DNA of 64,000 nucleotides from Candidatus Woesearchaeota archaeon (GTDB lineage: Archaea > Nanobdellota > Nanobdellia > Pacearchaeales > GW2011-AR1), in assembly GCA_964494915.1 (NCBI GenBank), contig CAZBTP010000001.1, positions 6,792 to 70,791 on the forward strand, in the 5' to 3' direction. Position 1 is the stretch's first letter; each line of letters starts with the position of its first letter. Shown here piece by piece: positions 55,704 to 64,000 of the stretch. Under the pieces are notes generated by a model, which searched no databases, was not told the DNA's origin, and worked only from the letters and a program-made list of their open reading frames with translations. Made by a program: the position numbers and the translations under genes.

Positions 55704-56705
55704 TTAATCGTCTTTTCCTATAAGTTCGTAGAACCCGTCTTCATTCTGGCCGCCCTTCGAACCTGGAAGCGTCGTGCTTCCCGCTGGCGGAATATTTTTT
55801 CCGTGAGGGTTGACTGTCTCTATACAACCTATCTTCGGTGGGGTTTCATCATGAGGTTCTTGTAATGGACACGTCCCTGCTTCTACTTCAAAGGCCTCAT
55901 ACAGACTGTTAAATGCATCCTTAGCAAGAATCGCTTCTTTTGGAGCGTACGTTACCGGGTCACAGGTAAGATCCTCTACTCTTCCTGCTGTCGTAGCAAA
56001 CTGGGATATAAAATCGCCATTTGTTTTATTAATTCTCCGAATCTCAGCAGCACCATTACGACCTATATACAATGTATTCCCTGCTCCAACCACCACGCCG
56101 CTAACACTACAATCTGATATATTGTTAGCGTCCTTTGGCGTTACTGTGTTAAGAAGTGTTCCATTCGGTGTGAGATGGTAAACATTGCAGTTAACATCAG
56201 GGCTATAGTATATTGTGTCATCACTTCCATCGTATGCTAATCCATCAACGAGGGGTAGTCCACTAACATTAGGACTAAACTGAAAGGTTGCCAGTGCTGT
56301 ACCATTAAGAGTCTTATTACCGACATCAATGAGATAGACACTGTCATTGAAAGCTCCCCAGAGCAGATCCCTGCCCTGATCCCAGGCTAATGCACTAATA
56401 ATAATCGAATCATTGCTCGCGTTTATGATAGACTTTGTAGCTATAAGTGTTGCACTTCCATTCCCGCCGATAGGTGGTTGGTATATACCTATCACTGTTC
56501 CAGAACAGCTATTTGAGTTGATTGTAAGGTAGTATACACCATCAAACGTACCAGCGACTGAACAACCACCATTTCCAGGTAAACTAACCGTTCCTAATAG
56601 ATCTCCTGCAACTGCTAAAACTATACTAGCGGTCGTAATCATGAGAGATAGCATTATGAACATCTTTACGCTTCTCGCATTCAGAAATCTTTTCTGATTA
56701 TCCAT
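55704..56705 (-). CDS. secreted beta-propeller-like surface protein with many NxS/T sequons (ends at an in-frame TAA; 87 further sense codons follow)
   Basis: Signal/TM IMLSLMITTASIVLAVA. Repeated YY/NGT-containing blades. Confidence 0.55.
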   Translation of the reverse strand: MDNQKRFLNARSVKMFIMLSLMITTASIVLAVAGDLLGTVSLPGNGGCSVAGTFDGVYYLTINSNSCSGTVIGIYQPPIGGNGSATLIATKSIINASNDSIIISALAWDQGRDLLWGAFNDSVYLIDVGNKTLNGTALATFQFSPNVSGLPLVDGLAYDGSDDTIYYSPDVNCNVYHLTPNGTLLNTVTPKDANNISDCSVSGVVVGAGNTLYIGRNGAAEIRRINKTNGDFISQFATTAGRVEDLTCDPVTYAPKEAILAKDAFNSLYEAFEVEAGTCPLQEPHDETPPKIGCIETVNPHGKNIPPAGSTTLPGSKGGQNEDGFYELIGKDD

Positions 56706-56861
56706 CTTTTTATCCCTCCTTTCAGCTATTGATTGTAACTATAATTACATATCAATGGATTGTAACTATATATACATTATGCCAGTCTGCTAAGATTAAG
56801 CCCAGAATTTTTAATAACCGAGAATCGCAATAGTTAAAAGGTTCGTTGAGTATCGTTCTAC

Positions 56862-59693
56862 ATGGGAATAAAGAAAGTAAGTGAGAACGTCTGGGAAATC
56901 GAAAAAGAAGGAAGGATGCTAGTTCCAGGGATTGTGTTTGCCTCAGATAGCTTAATGGCTTCAATTCAAAAAGATAAGACACTCGAACAAGTGAAAAACG
57001 TTGCACAGCTTCCAGGAATTGTTGGATATTCTCTCGCGATGCCAGATGCACATCAAGGATATGGAATGGCTGTCGGAGGTGTAGCCGCGTTTGATTCCGA
57101 GCACGGAATTATTTCTCCCGGAGCAGTAGGTTATGACGTGAACTGCTTAACGGGCGATACAGAAATCCTTACAGAATTCGGAAATTCGATAAAAATTGAA
57201 GAATTTGAAAAATACAAATCAGAAATAGAAATTGAACAAAATAACCAAAAAATTAAAAAAATAATATTCTCGCGCAATCTGCCAACCTTAAACCTTGATA
57301 CAAAAAAAATAGAAGATAAATCTATTAATTTATTTATGTCAAGGCACGCGGAAGATGTATGTGAGATAACTTTAGCATCCGGCTTAAAAATTAAAGCTAC
57401 AAGCGATCATCCTTTTTTAACAAAACAAGGAATGAAAAAATTATCTGAATTAAAAGATAACACAGAACTAGCAATAAATACTTTTGAAGGAGTTGAATCC
57501 AGCGAAGTGATAAATGAAAAGGAAGCAATCCTTGCAAAGTTAATTGGTTATATGTTTGGGGATGGTTCCTTCTACGAAACAAAAGGAGAATTACGTGCGG
57601 TAGCTTATGGGCAAAAAGAAGACCTTGAAAAAATAAAGGAAGACTTATCAAGATTAGAAATAAATTCAAGTCTCTTTTGCAGAATAAGGGAGCATAAAAT
57701 ACAGACTCGTTATGGCGAAAAAAGTTTTAATTCTACAAACTGGGAGTTACATATTTATAATCAAGCTTTTCTTAAGATTTTAAAAGAAAGAGGTCTCACG
57801 TTAGGAAATAAAACAAGGCAGAAAATCAGGGTTCCCGAATGGATAAAAAAGTCAAGTAAATTAACAAAAAGATTATTTTTAGCTGGTTTTTTCGGCGCAG
57901 AAATGTCATCTCCTAAAACACTCTCTAGAACATGCTTTTGTAGCTCAACTATTAATCAGAATAAAATAACCTTACTAAAAAAAAACTGTAGAGATTTTCT
58001 TATAGACATCTCTCTGCTTTTAGAAGAATTTGGGATTAAAAATTACAAAATATCAGAGATGGAGGATTATATCAATAAATACAAAGAAAAAACATCAAGA
58101 TTAAGGCTAGCTTTATACGGAGAGGATACAATGTTAAAACTATGGAGAACAATAGGTTTTGAGTATAATAAAAAAAGACAGGACTTGGCAAACATAGCCT
58201 CTTTGTATATCTTACTAAAAAAGCAGGAAAATCAACGGAGGATTGAACTGGCTAGAAAAATAAAACAATACAGGAAAAATGGACTTACAATAGCAGAAGT
58301 AAAGGGACTCTTCCATAAAGAGATTAACGAAAGATTTATAGAAAGGCACTATTACGAAAATGCAAAACAAAGAATCAATCTTGATTTTATTACTTTTAAT
58401 GAGTTCAGAGATATAAAACTCAAAGAAATAAGAGAAATTGGGACTCTTCTTGACAAAATAATTTCTATTAAAAAGATAGAAGGCATACATAAAGTTTATG
58501 ATTTTAACATTCAGGATAATCATAATTTTATTGCAAATGGCTTTATAGTTTCGAATTGTGGAGTACGATTGCTTGCGACGAATATAACGAAAAAAGAATT
58601 TTTACCGAAACGAGGAATAGTATTAAATGAACTCTATAAGAATGTGCCGTCCGGCATCGGAAGAGGAACAGGAATAAAACTTTCAGATGCTGAATGTAAC
58701 GCGGTCTTAGAAAAGGGATTAAAATGGGCACGAGAAAAAGGATATGCGTCTGAGGAAGATATTGAGCACACAGAAGATAAGGGCTGTATTCAAGGAGCGA
58801 ATGCAGCAAAAGTTTCGCAAAGAGCAAAAGCAAGAGGCAGGGATCAGCTCGGGAGCATTGGGGCAGGAAATCATTTCCTTGAAGTACAAGAGATCGTGGA
58901 GATTTTTGATGATCGTGTTGCAAAAACGTTTGGATTAAACGAAGTCAAACAGATCGTAGTAATGATCCATACCGGCTCACGAGGGTTAGGACACCAAACT
59001 GCATCAGATTATATTATGAAAATGGAAAAAGAGTATGGATATAAACACCTTCCAGATCGCGAGTTGGCATATGCGCCAATTACTTCTGCTTTGGGAAAAG
59101 ACTATAGAGAAGCAATGGCGAGTGCTGCTAATTTCGCATTTACAAATCGGCAGATGATCACGCATCTTATAAGAAAAAGTTTTGAGAAGTATTTTCCAAA
59201 CGCGAAACTAAGCGTTGTGTATGATATCGCACATAATATTGCGAAGCTTGAGGAGTTCGAAGTCGAGAACGAGAAAAAAATATTGTGCGTACACCGAAAA
59301 GGTGCAACTCGATCATTTGGACCAGGAAGAAAAGAAATTCCGAGCGATTATAGAGAGGTAGGCTGTCCGATTTTTATTCCAGGAAGTATGGGAACATTTT
59401 CGTATGTCCTCGTCGGAACAAAGAAAGCACGTGAGATTTCGTTTGCGTCAACAGCCCATGGTGCTGGACGAATGCTATCAAGGACGTACGCAAAACAACA
59501 TATTTCTGCTGAGCATTTAAAACAAGGGCTAGCAGAAAGAGATATTATAATTAAAGCTGGATCGCTAAAAGGCATGATTGAAGAAGCGCCAGAGGCGTAT
59601 AAGGATGTGAGCGAGGTTGTTCGTGTTTCACATGCGCTCGGTATTGGAAGCGTAGTTGCAAAGCTGAAACCATTAGCCGTAATGAAAGGGTGA
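56862..59693 (+). CDS. rtcB: RNA-splicing ligase RtcB containing a 471-aa LAGLIDADG intein
   Basis: PDAHQGYG, GYDVN-CGVRL split by the intein, GAGNHF, HTGSRGLGHQ. Extein 472 aa. Confidence 0.9.
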   Translation: MGIKKVSENVWEIEKEGRMLVPGIVFASDSLMASIQKDKTLEQVKNVAQLPGIVGYSLAMPDAHQGYGMAVGGVAAFDSEHGIISPGAVGYDVNCLTGDTEILTEFGNSIKIEEFEKYKSEIEIEQNNQKIKKIIFSRNLPTLNLDTKKIEDKSINLFMSRHAEDVCEITLASGLKIKATSDHPFLTKQGMKKLSELKDNTELAINTFEGVESSEVINEKEAILAKLIGYMFGDGSFYETKGELRAVAYGQKEDLEKIKEDLSRLEINSSLFCRIREHKIQTRYGEKSFNSTNWELHIYNQAFLKILKERGLTLGNKTRQKIRVPEWIKKSSKLTKRLFLAGFFGAEMSSPKTLSRTCFCSSTINQNKITLLKKNCRDFLIDISLLLEEFGIKNYKISEMEDYINKYKEKTSRLRLALYGEDTMLKLWRTIGFEYNKKRQDLANIASLYILLKKQENQRRIELARKIKQYRKNGLTIAEVKGLFHKEINERFIERHYYENAKQRINLDFITFNEFRDIKLKEIREIGTLLDKIISIKKIEGIHKVYDFNIQDNHNFIANGFIVSNCGVRLLATNITKKEFLPKRGIVLNELYKNVPSGIGRGTGIKLSDAECNAVLEKGLKWAREKGYASEEDIEHTEDKGCIQGANAAKVSQRAKARGRDQLGSIGAGNHFLEVQEIVEIFDDRVAKTFGLNEVKQIVVMIHTGSRGLGHQTASDYIMKMEKEYGYKHLPDRELAYAPITSALGKDYREAMASAANFAFTNRQMITHLIRKSFEKYFPNAKLSVVYDIAHNIAKLEEFEVENEKKILCVHRKGATRSFGPGRKEIPSDYREVGCPIFIPGSMGTFSYVLVGTKKAREISFASTAHGAGRMLSRTYAKQHISAEHLKQGLAERDIIIKAGSLKGMIEEAPEAYKDVSEVVRVSHALGIGSVVAKLKPLAVMKG
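57144..58556 (+). mobile_element. intein with LAGLIDADG homing endonuclease in RtcB at the GYDVN/CGVRL site
   Basis: Starts CLTGDTEIL (block A), LIGYMFGDGSF and FLAGFFGAEMS LAGLIDADG motifs, ends IVSN followed by Cys. Terminal Asn is preceded by Ser rather than His. Confidence 0.85.
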
Positions 59694-59696
59694 TGT

Positions 59697-60425
59697 ATGA
59701 AGGTTATTATTGTTCGTAACAAAAACGAAGGAGGAGCACGTGCAGCAAAGCTCGTTTCCGATATTATTCAAAACAAAAAGAACTGTACACTCGGATTAGC
59801 GACAGGAAAAACAATGATTCCTTTTTATCGAGCGCTCATCAGCGCGGCGCATACAAAGAAGATAGATTTTTCTCGAGTAAAGACCTTTAATATTGATGAG
59901 TTTTATGGTCTAAACACTCCCGAGAAGGGAAGTTTTCGACATTTTATGGATTCACATTTTTTTCACAGAGTAAATATAAGCAAGAAAAATATTCATTTTT
60001 TAGATGGGAAAAAAAAGGATTATAAAAAAGAGTGTAACGAATACGAACGTGCAATAAAACACAAGGAGGGAATCGATATAGCAATCGTGGGTATCGGAAA
60101 AAACAGGCATATTGGTTTTAATGAGCCCGGATCGTCTTTTGCAAGCAGAACGCGAAAAGTGAGATTGCGCGATGAAACACGGCACGCAAATGCCTGGCTG
60201 TTTGAATCCTTTTCGCGCGTGCCTCAGTATGCGCTAACAATGGGTATTGAAACAATACTCGCTTCACGAAAGATTATCTTGTTAGCCTTCGGAAAAGAAA
60301 AAGCAACTGCTGTTGCAGCCACCTTCAAGCATGTCACACAACAAGTGCCAGCGAGCGTCCTACAACGTCATACTAATGTAACGTTTATTATCGACCGCGC
60401 GGCAGCCAAGCGCGTGTTTAAATAA
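59697..60425 (+). CDS. nagB: glucosamine-6-phosphate deaminase/isomerase family (NagB-like)
   Basis: TLGLATGKTMIPFY, FNIDEFYGL, GIGKNRHIGFNEPGSSFASRTR. Confidence 0.85.
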   Translation: MKVIIVRNKNEGGARAAKLVSDIIQNKKNCTLGLATGKTMIPFYRALISAAHTKKIDFSRVKTFNIDEFYGLNTPEKGSFRHFMDSHFFHRVNISKKNIHFLDGKKKDYKKECNEYERAIKHKEGIDIAIVGIGKNRHIGFNEPGSSFASRTRKVRLRDETRHANAWLFESFSRVPQYALTMGIETILASRKIILLAFGKEKATAVAATFKHVTQQVPASVLQRHTNVTFIIDRAAAKRVFK

Positions 60426-60429
60426 TCCC

Positions 60430-60672
60430 TTGACAATACAATACAATACAATGAAAAAAGTTGTATTTACATTCACAAACGCCCTCTACCCAACACAAAA
60501 GATAATAAAAGAGATAGTATTTAGTGACGATATTATTTCCTCACGCTATTGGTCACTTCAATTATCGAGCGTGTCAGGATTAACACCGGGTCAATATGCA
60601 CTCTCAATAAAAGCCTACAACAGAGAATATATTTCCTCTCCTCCAATAACACTAACATTAACGCTAACCTAA
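60430..60672 (+). CDS. hypothetical small protein
   Basis: 80-aa ORF 5 nt after the nagB stop. Confidence 0.3.
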   Translation: MTIQYNTMKKVVFTFTNALYPTQKIIKEIVFSDDIISSRYWSLQLSSVSGLTPGQYALSIKAYNREYISSPPITLTLTLT

Positions 60673-60689
60673 GTCTCTTTTTTTGAACA

Positions 60690-60807
60690 ATCAAAAAAAC
60701 TTTGAGTTTTACCACACCTTAAAAAGTGTGGTTTGTTAGTTTTTTGGACGCTCAAGGAACTACCGCACCTTGAAAGGTGCGGTTTTCGTCAAGTTCCTTG
60801 ACATAAC
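60690..60807. repeat. structured repeat element, copy 2
   Basis: See copy 1 (38161-38277). Both hairpins are perfect here (ccacacc/ggtgtgg and ccgcacc/ggtgcgg inside caaggaact/agttccttg), followed by ACAUAA. Confidence 0.75.
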
Positions 60808-60855
60808 AAACTTTAAATAGAATTTTCTCTTTGTGAGAAGAGAAAACAAAGAACG

Positions 60856-61452
60856 ATGACGCGAGCATTATGCATTGTTGCTCATCCTGATGACGAAACG
60901 ATATGGATGGGCGGAACGATTCTCCAAAAGAAGGACTGGAAGTGGACTATATTTTCACTCTGTAGAAAGAATGACCTAAATAGAATGCCGAGATTTATGA
61001 AGGTATGTAAATTCTATGGTGCGCAAGGTTTTATCGGGGACTTAGATGATGAAAGATTAGAACCACTTTCTGTTTTTGAGGTTATTGATTGTATACAGAA
61101 CTATCTCGATACATCTCATTACGATTATATGTTCACCCATGGAGAGAACGGCGAGTATGGGCATAAACGACACGAAGAAATCCATAAAGCCGTTCAGAAG
61201 TTGTTTTCCCTCGGAGCCTTGAATTGCACGAAGATGTACTATTTTTCGTATGTAGCTGGAACAGAAAGCGCAGCGCATGATTCCGCAATAAAAATACCGA
61301 TCGCAAAACAAGATTCAGACTGGTTTGTTTCTTTAACAAATGAACAGCATGCGACAAAGTTGAAAATTATTCGTGATTTCTACGGATTTTCCGATGGTAT
61401 CTTCGAAACGTTAAGCTGCGGAAAAGAGGAGGCATTTGTGCGTGCCTTATGA
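60856..61452 (+). CDS. PIG-L/LmbE-family N-acetylglucosaminyl deacetylase
   Basis: VAHPDDETIWMGG zinc-binding motif and downstream HxxH. Confidence 0.85.
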   Translation: MTRALCIVAHPDDETIWMGGTILQKKDWKWTIFSLCRKNDLNRMPRFMKVCKFYGAQGFIGDLDDERLEPLSVFEVIDCIQNYLDTSHYDYMFTHGENGEYGHKRHEEIHKAVQKLFSLGALNCTKMYYFSYVAGTESAAHDSAIKIPIAKQDSDWFVSLTNEQHATKLKIIRDFYGFSDGIFETLSCGKEEAFVRAL

Positions 61453-62639
61453 GAATCATGTTACTCTACCCACATCCGCCTGAACCTGATGGACAGAGTT
61501 TACAAGGTGTTAGTCTAATGCAGGGTTTGAAAGAGAATGGGTACGATGTCATCGTATGTGATCGTGCTGATAGCATACAAAAAGAGTGGGCATATCGTTC
61601 ATTCAAACCTGATGTTGCCATTGGCATCGGATACTGGGCTGACACCCCTGATGTGATCTTAGATCCCTTAGAGCACGGCGTACAGGCAGTACCTTGGTTT
61701 AATGCCGATGGTTGGATTGCGAATTACCACCACGTTCTAAATAATCTACCGTTAGTAATGGTTACCAGTACATGGGTGAAATCGACGTATGTACGCGATG
61801 GTGTTTCCGGAGAAAATATTCATATAGCGCCGATCGGTTTTGATCCATCAGTCTTTTATCCACGCTCCGACAGTGCAGTACACGATCTACGGAAAACACT
61901 GGGTGTTGAAGATGACGAAAAAATGATCCTCACGATTGGTGGCGATGCAACAAGTAAAGGCGCACAAGAGATGTTTCGCGCACTTACATTTATTAATCAT
62001 CACTTTCCAAAATGGAAATATGTATGCAAGGTATGGAATAGCTTTTCAGCGCGGAATCATGGAAGGGAAGAGCGTCGTTTAATCCGTGAGCTCGGATTAG
62101 ACATGGATAAGATTGTTTATCTCGAGGGAAAATATTCTTCAGAGTTCGTGGCCCTTTTGTTGAATGCATGCGACATATATGCAGCGCCTTCACGTCTCGA
62201 GGGTTTTGGCATGATCCAGGTTGAGGCGCAGGCATGTGGTAAACCGGTTATTTCAATCAACTGTGGTGGACCACGAGATACAATTATCCATGAAAAAACA
62301 GGATTTCTAGCGAACGTTGCTTCAGAGGTTAAGCTTGAGCGTGAGTGGGTATATCCATGGATGGGATTTGAAGAGAAACACCAGATTGAGTTTCCAGAAC
62401 CAAAAACGTTTGCCTATCGAGCAGATAGTAATCAGCTCGCTGCATATACACTAAAGCTATTAGAAGATGATCGCCTCCGTGAACAAATGGGAAAGAATGC
62501 CACAGCACATGTTCACGAAAGATTTCACTACCGTGCAACAGCACAAAAAATCGTTGACTTAATCGAGGAGCACGTTATGAAAAAGAAAGTTATTGAGACT
62601 GTTCAACACACAGCTGTTGTCGAGCATAGTAAGGATTGA
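61449..62639 (+). CDS. glycosyltransferase family 4 (GT-B, RfaG-like)
   Basis: C-terminal EGFGMIQVEAQACGKPVISINCGGPRDTIIHEKTGFL (Ex7E motif). 4-nt overlap with the upstream deacetylase. Confidence 0.85.
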   Translation: MRIMLLYPHPPEPDGQSLQGVSLMQGLKENGYDVIVCDRADSIQKEWAYRSFKPDVAIGIGYWADTPDVILDPLEHGVQAVPWFNADGWIANYHHVLNNLPLVMVTSTWVKSTYVRDGVSGENIHIAPIGFDPSVFYPRSDSAVHDLRKTLGVEDDEKMILTIGGDATSKGAQEMFRALTFINHHFPKWKYVCKVWNSFSARNHGREERRLIRELGLDMDKIVYLEGKYSSEFVALLLNACDIYAAPSRLEGFGMIQVEAQACGKPVISINCGGPRDTIIHEKTGFLANVASEVKLEREWVYPWMGFEEKHQIEFPEPKTFAYRADSNQLAAYTLKLLEDDRLREQMGKNATAHVHERFHYRATAQKIVDLIEEHVMKKKVIETVQHTAVVEHSKD

Positions 62640-62760
62640 ATAATAGTTTCTCTGTAAAACTAATTATCAAGAAAAGTTAATTTTTTAGTTAAGATAACTC
62701 CCTTTAACTTGACAGCTCAAGCCAAGAGCATGTTTAAATAATCTCTCGACAATATAATAA

Positions 62761-64000
62761 AATGAAAAAAAGAGGTAAAAAGTTGTATAAGTTGTATATC
62801 CTCTATGCCCTAGGTACAGTTCTTCTTCTCACGCTCATAATCTTTGGAATAACCAAAGGAACTATTCACGGAGCATACACGATCGATACAGATGAATATT
62901 TTAATCCTGGTCCTGGTTTATTAGGACTACGCCAAATATCGCGAGAGTACTTCGGTGCTGAGGATTATGTAGTTCTAGCAAAAGAAGGAGATATAAGGAT
63001 CGAGAAAATAACTGAGTATATAATACTCTCAACTAGGACGCCAACAACAACTGTATTTCAAAACTCGTATATTGAGAAACGCGTATCGATAAAAGAATGG
63101 CTTGGGTCAACAGCGAGTCTAATAAAACAATATAATTCAGTAGAAATTCGTGCTAGCTCAGGTAGACTGCTGATAGAGTATAGCGAAAATGATAGGGCAG
63201 CACAACATAGAGGTAAAGTTGAAAATAAAATGCTAATAGAATACCAAGGAGGGATAGTAAAAAGATTTGAAAAAGAGGTTAAGGACTATATTATAGCGGG
63301 TGAGATACCACCAGTGCAATACACACCTCCAGCCTCACTAGACGATCCTAATCTTGAATTAGAGAGTAAATATGTCGAGATAGTTGAATATGACCCTACA
63401 ACAAGCGCTACTGCTTGGAATGATGATCCCCTCAACTTATTTACACGCGGTGATCTGGTTGGGAAACTAAAAAAATACATTCAAGAACATACAGTCTACG
63501 GTTTTAGGACACCCTATCCAGATTTCATTTTAATAACAGATGGTTTAATACAGCATGACGAACGTAGAAAAAAAGAGTATAACCCTCCAGGAATAATCGC
63601 GACATATGACCATACAAAAAGGGAATATACGAAACCACCGACTTTCCCAAATCCTCCGCTTTCACGGAGCCAGCAAAAATTAAAGAAGTATATAAACGAA
63701 CAGACTATTTACCATCCAAATGGTCCAATATATAAACACAGTTCTACTTTAGAAGACTATGATGATAACGGAGTGCCAAAAAGCTCAATAATAAAATCAA
63801 TTCATAATAACGATAAGGGCCAGAACTTTTATAACTATCAGACAAAGAAAACATATGATGAGAACGGAAACCTCATTGAAGAGAAAAAGACAGAAAAGCA
63901 AAATGACGAAGCGACATTAAAGAAACAAAGTTATCTCCATAGCGAAGAAACACCTCAAAAAACATATACATTCAATAAAAGGTGGTATCTTGATACAGCA
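62761..64000 (+). CDS. hypothetical membrane-anchored protein (3' partial, continues past window end)
   Basis: ATG at 62761, N-terminal TM LYILYALGTVLLLTLIIFGI, and over 410 sense codons without a stop in an AT-rich region. Confidence 0.45.

Noticed and set aside
56752-57051. 99-aa minus-strand ORF at the rtcB 5' end
   Set aside because: It overlaps the rtcB N-terminus (PDAHQGYG region) antisense and has no motifs.
57397-58923. Minus-strand ORFs 57397-57669, 58215-58523 and 58543-58923
   Set aside because: They are antisense to the AT-rich RtcB intein homing-endonuclease region, where low GC makes antisense stops rare.

Overview
The window reads as a low-GC archaeal chromosome segment, probably from a small-genome DPANN-like lineage (inference). 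Archaeal hallmarks are TFS/RpoM, an archaeal-type signal peptidase, archease, RtcB and CDC48 (each split by a LAGLIDADG intein), a tRNA-Asn carrying a 13-nt anticodon-loop intron, and five tRNAs without encoded CCA. Alongside these sit many bacterial-type genes: LivFGMHJ ABC transporter, UppP, MnmA, a PlsC-like acyltransferase, MsrB and non-discriminating AspRS with GatC/GatB/GatA. Housekeeping genes called with good support are topoisomerase IA (partial), MetRS, AspRS, GatCAB, FtsZ, MnmA, MsrB, NagB, a PIG-L deacetylase, a GT4 glycosyltransferase, a K+ channel and an MFS transporter. The striking content is accessory. (1) Two tandem giant paralogous secreted proteins (3104-10361) are built from about 100-aa Trp/Tyr-rich Cys-bounded modules with Pro/Thr linkers and a shared Cys-rich C-terminal domain. 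One carries an M6-like HExxH metalloprotease domain. Both contain perfect hundreds-of-bp internal tandem DNA repeats, and the intergenic spacer between them is a mosaic of copied gene 3' ends. (2) A HEPN-MNT cassette plus an approximately 108-nt structured repeat element is bracketed by 72-bp perfect direct repeats that reconstitute the 3' ends of two convergent host genes. A second HEPN/MNT pair and a VapBC pair are present elsewhere. (3) A second M6-like protease gene is bracketed by 31-bp direct repeats and shows a frameshifted C-terminal Cys module. It lies in a cluster with a metzincin, a membrane-anchored surface protein and a beta-propeller-like surface protein interrupted by an in-frame TAA. 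(4) A tRNA cluster includes a tRNA-Pro followed by an 80-nt trailer that ends in an exact copy of the tRNA 3' end plus oligo-T. (5) A small zinc-ribbon/AbrB-like protein is translationally coupled to CDC48 behind a 12-bp-arm palindromic operator. No rRNA, CRISPR array, transposase or integrase gene was recognised.
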